Shown here: positions 49,436 through 57,275 of the stretch, one piece after another
Layout: each line of letters begins with the position of its first letter
How positions within the stretch are numbered: position 1 is the first letter of the stretch
NCBI GenBank assembly: GCA_028748975.1
Contig: JAQTPI010000005.1
Location: 8,933-72,932, forward strand
DNA: 64,000 bases
Source: Patescibacteria group bacterium
GTDB lineage: Bacteria; Patescibacteriota; Patescibacteriia; UBA2196
Direction of reading: 5' to 3'
The notes under the pieces: model-generated
The model's input: the letters and a program-made list of their open reading frames with translations, nothing else
What the model was told of the DNA's origin: nothing
The model's database searches: none
Made by a program: the position numbers and the translations under genes

Positions 49436-49641
49436 ATGCATACCCCCATCTTTTAAATGAACTTTTTCCGACCGAGAATCGGCCGGGGAAATTTGGATGG
49501 CCACCAAAAGGAGTATTAACCTTCTTCGGTTATCCTGACCCGGAGGACAGGAGCCTTTGCCTATCCGCCCATCGCGGACATTAGAGGTGTTTCTCCTCTA
49601 ACGGCTGGTGGCCGTTAATTTTTATTTTTCTAAATTATCAA

Positions 49642-49707
49642 TTGAGAAGGCGGGATTCGAACCCGCGACCGCCTGTTCCCCGAGCAGGTGTGCTGACTTA
49701 CTCCCCA
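49642..49707 (-). ncRNA. D-armless tRNA-like element
   Basis: TGGGGAG/CTTCTCA-A acceptor, canonical T-arm GCGGG-TTCGAAT-CCCGC, loop TCGGGGA; 12 nt replace the D-arm. Confidence 0.65.
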
Positions 49708-49796
49708 ATCTTTTATTTTTATTTTTCCAAACCATCAATATAAATGTCTGGATTTCCGCCTAAGGTGGAAATGACAAAATTGATAACTTGGAAAAA

Positions 49797-50254
49797 TTGG
49801 GGAAAGCTGATTCTGAGAGGCGTTATGACGCCTAGAATCTCTTTTCCCCAATGCCATTTCTAGGGCTGGCGATACCCTTATTACCCGCATACACGATGGT
49901 ATGCAACTTTGAAGCTCGGGTCGATTGGACCCTGTGAGCCACCCGCGGCAACCGCGGCCAGCTCTTTGCCCGCTTTTTTGTCTGACCTCTGACACGCGAG
50001 CTAATCAGAGGCGGATGTAATGAGAGACGGGAGAAATGGGCGGCTGATCATCGCGGTGTTCATGAAACCCGCGCGGATTTACCGGGCACTTCGCCATCAT
50101 CAACCATTTAAGAACCCAATCCTCAATCACGTCTCTCTCGAAAATGCACCGATGTTGGCAATCACCATCTTTTAGGGACGGGTCAGCCCGTTTGTCTCCA
50201 GAACAATGCCGGAGGACGGGGCTCGTAAAACGAGCGCGAACATTGGCACATTTT
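49797..50254 (+). ncRNA. Putative structured RNA (~460 nt)
   Basis: Several nested helices, G-U pairs mostly on the plus strand; no credible ORF. Confidence 0.55.
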
Positions 50255-50255
50255 G

Positions 50256-50328
50256 TCGGAATGGCAGGATTCGAACCTGCGGCCCCATGCTCCCAAAGCA
50301 TGTGCGCTACCAGCTGCGCTACACTCCG
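50256..50328 (-). tRNA. tRNA-Pro(TGG)
   Basis: Cloverleaf; CATGC-TTTGGGA-GCATG. Confidence 0.95.
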
Positions 50329-50539
50329 AATAAATATTTTGTTGTCATCCCGAGCGAACAACGACCTCTCTCCATCTCTCCCCTTATTAAGGGGAGAGGG
50401 ACGAACTGTTCCCCTCTCCTTTACAAGGAGAGGGTCGGGGGTGAGGTCGTCACTCAATCGGAATGACAAAATAATTTATTTTTTTAAACTTCTCTAAGCC
50501 ATCAAATTTTATAAAATTACCTTGATAGCTTGGAAAAAT

Positions 50540-51828
50540 GGCGGAGATATAGAATCGCCGCCGAGAATGACTGTTGTCGTCAACGCATTGGACCTTAAAC
50601 CTTTCACTGTCGGGTGTCCACGGATGTCGCGAATCTCTCAAACTTGAAAAAAAATCGGGTGGCGGTCGCGAGGTTGACCTGGAACCCGCACAAAGGCAGG
50701 CTCGCCACAAAGGGCGCGATCAGCGGAAAGTAGTCGGCATGTCTTAAGCCGCGCTACTATCACCGAATGCGCGCCGCCACCCGGTTCGTGCGAAAGTCCC
50801 CCGCAATTCCCTAAGAACGCCTCGGCGGGTTAATTCCCGAAGGGACTTTCCAGCACGTGCCAGGGTAAAGGACGATGAACCGCCCTGGTTCGGTTTCGGT
50901 GTTCGGCCGGCAGTTGTTGTGCCGAAGCGGCAGGCTGGGAGAAATCGGCGAAATTCCGACTCGTCCGCTACACCCGGCGCTTTTCTCGTTCGGGCCCCCG
51001 GTTTGACGTCCGCGGGGGCAGGTTCAGCCGCACTCACGATGGCGGCTTTTCGATGTGGCCGGCCGAAACACCAGTCACGGACCCGGGAGCTTTCACCCGG
51101 TTCGCTTTTTTCCACACCGGATTGGGCCGGAGGGACGCGGCGATAGGGCGAGGTTGCGGCGAACCGCTGGGGAACCATCCCATAAACCTCTGGTTTTCTC
51201 TCCACATCCTATCGTTAGTGCGTCCGCCCCCAGCCATCCGGTCCGGACAGGCATGTGCAGCGTGGCTCGCGCGGTTTGGGGCTTCAACGCAAGACGCTCC
51301 GCCCCAAATCGCAATCCGTCCAACTGCCCCACGACTGGCGCAGGGACATGCCCGCTGCTTGGCCGCCGTTGTGGCCATCGTACCCGTCCGAATCCGCCCA
51401 CGGCTTTGGCCTAGCTGAAAAGCTTTGGCCCCGATGCCGCGCGCGGAATTTTCACAGGATCTTCAATGTTGGATTCACCAAGTAACGTAGCTGCAAGCGC
51501 CCAGACGCCTGTGCAATCCCGCCAGCTTGGCGATGAGTTTGTTGGCCATGGTATGGCCTCCGTCGACAGAAATTCAAAACTAGGTTTTTCGGCCAACCAC
51601 CCACGGTATTTGGTTGCCGAATACTCTTTTGGCCTTACGCTAATTAATTTTTGCTGCCTCCGTAGAGATAGACAAAATAATTAATTAACGTTAGCGTTTA
51701 CATCCGTGGCGTAGCTGCAATCGGCCCCCCGACTGTGCAATCTCGCCAACAGATTTGTTGCGTGTCTATTGGTTTCGTATGCCCTCCTTTTCGCTTAGGC
51801 GACCCTGGCCCCACGCTGGGTTAGGTCG
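50540..51828 (+). ncRNA. Putative giant structured RNA (~1.3 kb)
   Basis: GC-rich, more than 15 helices, 10-bp long-range pair 50618-50627/51700-51709; strand tentative. Confidence 0.6.
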
Positions 51829-52056
51829 AGTTAAAGTAAGGATTGGCAAATTTTTTTATTTCCTCCTCTATTTAATAATTTGTTTTCGCCTTAATGGGCG
51901 AGATGTTAAGTATTAAGAAATATTAATACCCAACATGCCGACCACAGTTAATAAAAAACTCAAAACTCAATTAACAAAACTTAAGACTAATTAAGAAATT
52001 GAAATAAGGATCCTTGCCGACCAACTGTGATGGTATATCAGTCGGCAAGGATGTTT

Positions 52057-52170
52057 TTACTTTAGAAGCACCCGAGAAATTTGATCAAGTTGATAGATGA
52101 TGGTAATTAGGGCCACCACAACTAAGCCCATAAAAAACCCTATCATACGTTTCTCTGAGTTTGTCAGCAT
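52057..52170 (-). CDS. Small single-TM peptide (37 aa)
   Basis: MLTNSEKRMIGFFMGLVVVALITIIYQLDQISRVLLK; GGGGGTATGCA before ATG. Confidence 0.55.
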   Translation of the reverse strand: MLTNSEKRMIGFFMGLVVVALITIIYQLDQISRVLLK

Positions 52171-52302
52171 TGCATACCCCCGCTTTTAAGTGAAAGATAT
52201 TTTTCCTTGTTTCAATTCCCCACTAATTGTGAAATTGAAATAAGGAACCTTGCCGGCTGAAACACTGTGATGTGTTCCGGCTGGCAAGGATTTTGAAGGT
52301 TA

Positions 52303-52470
52303 TTACAAAAGATGCAGCACCTTCATATTGAGTATTGTGATGGCCACGATTATAATCCCAATCAGCACGCCGTTTTTCATTCCTTGGGAGTAACCGTTGG
52401 TGTAACCGTCGTCATATCCCCTGCCGTAACCAATGGAAAGACCTATCCCTAAACCCATAATGACTGACAT
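52303..52470 (-). CDS. Small Gly-rich membrane peptide (55 aa)
   Basis: AAGGAG SD; GYxxGYxxGY repeat; C-terminal TM. Confidence 0.6.
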   Translation of the reverse strand: MSVIMGLGIGLSIGYGRGYDDGYTNGYSQGMKNGVLIGIIIVAITILNMKVLHLL

Positions 52471-52559
52471 AATTGTCTCCTTTTTTATTATGAATTTTCC
52501 TTGTTTCAATTCCCCAATATTTAATTTTAAAGGTCAGCGATTTTTTTCCGTAATACTTA

Positions 52560-52587
52560 AGTATAGCACAACCACAGAACTTGTCAA
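52560..52587 (-). promoter_or_regulatory. Sigma70 promoter pointing into the non-coding island
   Basis: TTGACA-N16-TATACT with extended TG. Confidence 0.55.
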
Positions 52588-52875
52588 GTGGATAACTTAA
52601 ATAAATTCTAAAAAGGCTGTTTTTTGGCTAATTTAAGCCAAAACAAATACCCGAATTAGTACGAATTTTACCCGAATTTATCCGAATATTACGGAATTTT
52701 TAATTTTAACAAAATATTAAAAAATATCAAATTTGGGGATAAGTGGGGATGAAAAAGGCGGTCCGATCCGCCAGTTGGCGGATCGGACCGCCTCAAAATA
52801 TATCTTTATATCCTTATATCTTTATTTTTAGTTTTTGTCTTCCCTTATTACTTAATTACTAGTTACTTATTACTA

Positions 52876-55800
52876 CTATCTCTCCGCCACCACCCCAAAA
52901 TATCCATCTTTTAATAAATCCGCGGAATAAGTAATCACGCTTCCCTCTTCTGCCACGCCAGAGCCGGCGGTGGCCTGAATTTTATAATTGGCTGGCAAAA
53001 TTAGTTCGCTTTGGAAATCAATCGCGTTCATACCAAGTTGTTTATCAACAACCAAACTGTATTTGGCTTCGTCATTTTTTCCAAATAGAGCCGCAAACCA
53101 TTGTTTAATTTTATTATTGCTTTTGGCCGTACCAAACTGGAAAGGCAGTTTATATTTGATGGTGACTGTTTTTTCCTGGCCCGGCGCCACTTGCAGCCAG
53201 TTGCCAAAAACAGTTTTGCCAAATTCAGAAGAAACACGCGTGCCCGTGGCTTCGTCCAAAGAAACATTGGTTTCCACCGCGGCCAAAGTTTTGTCAGCAC
53301 TCATGCCGTCTTGGCTCGCGGAATATTTAAAAAGATAATCCGGATTAAAATTAAAACCGGTGGCGGAAATAAGTTCCGCGCCAGCGGGCACATAGAAACG
53401 GACATAATCAACATTATTGTCGCCTTCAAAAAGTTTACCCAATTCGCCATTATGCTGGCGCGTCAAACTGACGGTCGCGACCATGGCACCGGTTACGTCA
53501 ACTTCAACAGAGTGGCGCACGGTGTTTTTGATAACCGCATCGGTTTTGCCGCCGGAGATATTGGTATGCACGACCATTAAATAATCCTGATTATTTTCAG
53601 TGGCGCGAATCTTACCGGCCCAGCCAAAACGTTCGGCCAAATCTTCCGTATTTTTATCAGAAAAATAGAAAAGAATTTTTTCCTCGCTTAAAGCTTGGCT
53701 TAAGCCGGCGAGTACCGGCAGATAATCCTTGGTGTTTAAATTCATCAGACGCTCCAAAAGCACGGGCGCCATATCCGCGATAATTTCTTTGGGCCGATTT
53801 TTATTCTTGTCATATTCCAATTCCACGGCCGTTTGCATGGCAATGGTAAAATTTTCCGCGCTTAAGGTCTGCTTATATTCTTTCATTTCAATCGGCCCCA
53901 CAATTTTCAATAAATTGGCAACAGTATCTTGAGTTAAGCTGATGATGCCGTCAACCGAAGAACCGCCGTAATTATTCTCATAAAACCAAATTATTTTCTC
54001 GGCACTTGTCGGCCAATTCGGAAACCAGTTGGCATTCCAAATCTGCCAAGCCGGCGAAAAAATCTGCAGTGGCTTCGGCGCGGCCACTAAAACTTGGCTG
54101 CTGCTTTTTAAATCATAAAGGCCGCCGCCGGGAATATCCATTTTTTTGACCCGGCCCTTGTCCACATCCACCACGGCAAAAGAACCCATAAAACCACCGG
54201 TAGGCCTTAGTTCGTTGGAATTTTGGAAAACTACCAAATAACGCTTGGAAGTTTCGGCACCCAAAATATCCTGGCTGAAAAGTAAAATATCTTTGAGGCC
54301 GGCAATGGAGGTTTGCCAGTTTTTGGCGCCAATTTGCAGCGCGGAGAATTTTTCTTGGGCATCACTCGGCAATGAATCTTTGTCAATTTCATTAATCAAG
54401 TTGAGCGCGGCATTGATTTTTGTTTCTTCCGAACCAATGGTCTGGTGCAAAAAAGAAATTTTTTCCGTGAGAGCTGGTTCTGGCGCGTTAAAGACCGAAA
54501 GAGCTTGAGTAATTTTTTGGGCCGAAGCGGAAAGATATTGCCCGGCTGCCAGAAGTTTTTCGCCGTCGCGCGCTTTGGGTACCAGCTTGATTAAAGAATT
54601 AGTCAGAGGCCCCAATTCTTTAATTTGCTTTTGCGCCAGATAAAAAGCACTTTCAGCGCGGCCAAAATTAGCCACGGCGGCAGTGATGTCGTTTTCTGAA
54701 AAATTGCCGGCTGCTTGTTCCAAATAATTCAAACCCTGCGAAGAGGTGCCCAAAACATCGCCTTGAGTTTTTTGAGCCGCGCGCCAAGAATTCCAAACCA
54801 GAAGAGGCAAAACGATAATCAAAGCGGTCAAACCAAAATTAATCAAAGGTTTTAAAGAAAATTTTCTTTCGGCTAAAACCATGGCCGGGGCTTCGCGTTT
54901 TTTAAAAAGATAGCCAATTGACCGGATTAAATAGGAAATATTAAACTTGAAAAGTTTGGTGATTTGCCGAACGACAAAAGTTAGGCCAGCCCAAACTCCT
55001 TTTAGGGTGTGATCGACTACAAAATCCAAAAGGCGAAAGGGCGCGGTTAAGGCCTGCCAGAAAAAATATATAAATTTTCCCAAAAGAGTGAGTGGTAAAT
55101 CAAAAGTCCAATAAAAAAAACCGTGGGTGCGCGGAGTGGCAGGAACAGCGATAAAATTATCGGTGCCGCGCGCCAAGCCGGAAGAAATTAAATCCACTTT
55201 CACTTTTTTTATTTTCTTTTTTTGCTTGTTGATTTTTTTCAAATCGGCTTTCAGAGCCAAGTTGGCGGCGTCTTCCGGCATATCAAAACCCAAAATTTCA
55301 CGAACATGCTTTTGGCGCGTGCTTTGTTTTTCTTCTTCCCAAAGATATTTGACTTCGGACATGGGGGTCAAAGGAGCGGTTTCTGTCGTTTCTTTAATCT
55401 GGTAATCTTTAAATTTGGGCGCGCGCAAATCCACCACATGGGCGGAAGCACGGCGGTTATTTTTGATTTTAAGTTTGGATTCTTGAGGCAAATCCACCAA
55501 GGGTTCGGCTGTGACTGGAAAGATATAATTTTCCGGCAATTCACTTGGCAATTCGGAAATATTTATTTTTGCCTTGAATTCCTGCCAGGTCATTTGCGGC
55601 AGAACTTTATTATCTTTTTCTATTTCTTCCATTTTATTTTCAATTTCCGGCAATTTTTTTTCTATTTTTTCATCATTTTCCGCCAGACTGATTAAAACTC
55701 GCGGCAGAGAGATGTCCATGACAAAATTTTTGTGCGGACGGCCGCGCGCGCCTTTTTTGGGCGCGTATTTCAAAAGCCACTCTTCTTGAGGCGAGAGAAC

Positions 55801-56004
55801 TTTGTGCGGACGGCCGCGTTCACGTTTTTCCATTTTGGCCAAAGCCGCCAATTCTTCCGGCGTCCATTCTTTCTTGGGCCGGCCACGCGGTCTTTTTGGC
55901 TTATTTTGCAACGCCAAAAGCTCGTCCGCTGTGAAGACTTTACGAGGTCTACCACGTTTTTTCTTTTCCGTGAACTGTGAATTTTTTATGGTATTTTCTG
56001 ACAT
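52876..56004 (-). CDS. DUF4012-domain membrane protein with N-terminal AT-hook motifs
   Basis: YLVVFQNSNELRPTGGFMGSF, NWFPNWPTSA, GGKTD, YVRFYVPAG; four RGRP motifs at the N-terminus. Confidence 0.85.
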   Translation of the reverse strand: MSENTIKNSQFTEKKKRGRPRKVFTADELLALQNKPKRPRGRPKKEWTPEELAALAKMEKRERGRPHKVLSPQEEWLLKYAPKKGARGRPHKNFVMDISLPRVLISLAENDEKIEKKLPEIENKMEEIEKDNKVLPQMTWQEFKAKINISELPSELPENYIFPVTAEPLVDLPQESKLKIKNNRRASAHVVDLRAPKFKDYQIKETTETAPLTPMSEVKYLWEEEKQSTRQKHVREILGFDMPEDAANLALKADLKKINKQKKKIKKVKVDLISSGLARGTDNFIAVPATPRTHGFFYWTFDLPLTLLGKFIYFFWQALTAPFRLLDFVVDHTLKGVWAGLTFVVRQITKLFKFNISYLIRSIGYLFKKREAPAMVLAERKFSLKPLINFGLTALIIVLPLLVWNSWRAAQKTQGDVLGTSSQGLNYLEQAAGNFSENDITAAVANFGRAESAFYLAQKQIKELGPLTNSLIKLVPKARDGEKLLAAGQYLSASAQKITQALSVFNAPEPALTEKISFLHQTIGSEETKINAALNLINEIDKDSLPSDAQEKFSALQIGAKNWQTSIAGLKDILLFSQDILGAETSKRYLVVFQNSNELRPTGGFMGSFAVVDVDKGRVKKMDIPGGGLYDLKSSSQVLVAAPKPLQIFSPAWQIWNANWFPNWPTSAEKIIWFYENNYGGSSVDGIISLTQDTVANLLKIVGPIEMKEYKQTLSAENFTIAMQTAVELEYDKNKNRPKEIIADMAPVLLERLMNLNTKDYLPVLAGLSQALSEEKILFYFSDKNTEDLAERFGWAGKIRATENNQDYLMVVHTNISGGKTDAVIKNTVRHSVEVDVTGAMVATVSLTRQHNGELGKLFEGDNNVDYVRFYVPAGAELISATGFNFNPDYLFKYSASQDGMSADKTLAAVETNVSLDEATGTRVSSEFGKTVFGNWLQVAPGQEKTVTIKYKLPFQFGTAKSNNKIKQWFAALFGKNDEAKYSLVVDKQLGMNAIDFQSELILPANYKIQATAGSGVAEEGSVITYSADLLKDGYFGVVAER

Positions 56005-56285
56005 TTATCTATATATTATGCCCGCCTCGCGTCGACTTGCCCGCTTCGCTAAATCGAGGCGAGCGTCTGACGCGAGTCGAGGCGGGCGAATTACTGGCTA
56101 ATTTTGCGAATATTTTTTTATTTATTTATCCACAATTTATTTAACTACTATAATTCTACCATAAATAGTCAAAAAATACGAAAAAAATCGAGAAAAAATA
56201 GCTAAAATAAACAAAAACGACGCTATTATAGCATCGTTAATACTTTTATTACTTCTATTGCTTTTATTACTCTATTACTTAATTT

Positions 56286-57272
56286 TTACATTTCCGTTAA
56301 TAATTCGCTTTTAGTTAATAGCCCTTCTTCGGCGCCGGGCAGACCGACTACTGACGCGGAATTGACCATGGCGGCTTCCAGTGCCAAATCTATGTCTTTA
56401 TTAAAATGATTGAGCGCCCAAACAAAAGTGGAATCGAAAGCGTCACCGACGCCGACCGTGTCTTTCTTTTTTACTTCTTTGACCGGCTGGAAAAAAATAT
56501 TTTTATTATGCATGGCGTAGGCGCCGTTGATGCCGTCAGTGATGACTAAAATTCCCGGACAATAGTTGCGAAGCAAAGGCAAAAGTTTTCTGGGATTGGC
56601 CACGCCTTTCAATTGCGGTACCAAAAGTTCAATGGCTTCGTCTTTATTTAAAAGCAAGACATCGGTTAAGGCAAGATATTGTTTCAGTCGGGACAGCCCG
56701 GCTTGTAACTGTAAATTACCCGGATTCCAGGCGAGATAATTTTCCGCCTTTTGGCGCAGAGCAAAAATTTTAGTTAAAATTTGCTGCCAGTTTTTTCCAG
56801 ACAGCGAAGAAACATAAACCCAGTCGGGTTTGATTTGCTCATAGCCGCGCGCGTCAATTTTTAAATCTTCGTTGGCGCCGCGAAAGGTGAAAAGCACGTG
56901 GTCTTCGCCACTTGGGCTTTTGTGTGCCACGATGAAGGACAGGCCGCTTCTCAATTCGGAAACAGAAACATGTTTGGTGTTTACTTTTTCTTTTTTTAAA
57001 TTATTTATTATTGCCTTGCCGGCTAAATCATCGCCCACGGCAGTAAAAACAGAAACTTTGTTGCCGAGGCGCGCCAAACAAATCGCGGTGTTGGCCGCTC
57101 CCCCGCCAAAAGAAAAGCCGGCATCAGCCACATTAATTTTGGCGCCAAATTCAAAACCAAGAAGTTTTTGCTTGGTCGGATCTTTTTTATTGTCAACCAA
57201 AACGCCTTCTTTGGAATGAAAAGTAATATCCTGCGTCGCTCCGCCGATGGTGAGGAAATTTAATCTATTCAT
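56286..57272 (-). CDS. PfkB-family carbohydrate kinase
   Basis: GGGAAN, N..EA, DTVGVGDAF. Confidence 0.92.
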   Translation of the reverse strand: MNRLNFLTIGGATQDITFHSKEGVLVDNKKDPTKQKLLGFEFGAKINVADAGFSFGGGAANTAICLARLGNKVSVFTAVGDDLAGKAIINNLKKEKVNTKHVSVSELRSGLSFIVAHKSPSGEDHVLFTFRGANEDLKIDARGYEQIKPDWVYVSSLSGKNWQQILTKIFALRQKAENYLAWNPGNLQLQAGLSRLKQYLALTDVLLLNKDEAIELLVPQLKGVANPRKLLPLLRNYCPGILVITDGINGAYAMHNKNIFFQPVKEVKKKDTVGVGDAFDSTFVWALNHFNKDIDLALEAAMVNSASVVGLPGAEEGLLTKSELLTEM

Positions 57273-57275
57273 TTT

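Noticed and set aside
49797-49820. tmRNA 5' end (GGGGAAAGCTGATTCTG resembles GGGGCTGATTCTGG)
   Set aside because: No GAC or 3' T-arm/CCA partner; the sequence is part of a local hairpin.
50788-50856. RNase P motif GAAAGTCC
   Set aside because: Lacks the GAG prefix and the distal P4 partner; pairs locally with GGGACTTTC.
50450-51684. Overlapping ORFs in the GC-rich block
   Set aside because: Present in most frames, Arg/Pro/Ala-rich, no SD or motif; expected from stop-codon scarcity in GC-rich palindromic DNA.
52201-52516. CRISPR-like repeat (GTTTCAATT / ATTGAAAC)
   Set aside because: Only two direct copies, 294 bp apart with an ORF between them; no 30-40-bp spacers and no cas genes.
52588-56135. 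oriC from DnaA-box-like sequences (52588, 56126; also 4697, 7468)
   Set aside because: Isolated single boxes, no cluster, no dnaA/dnaN.
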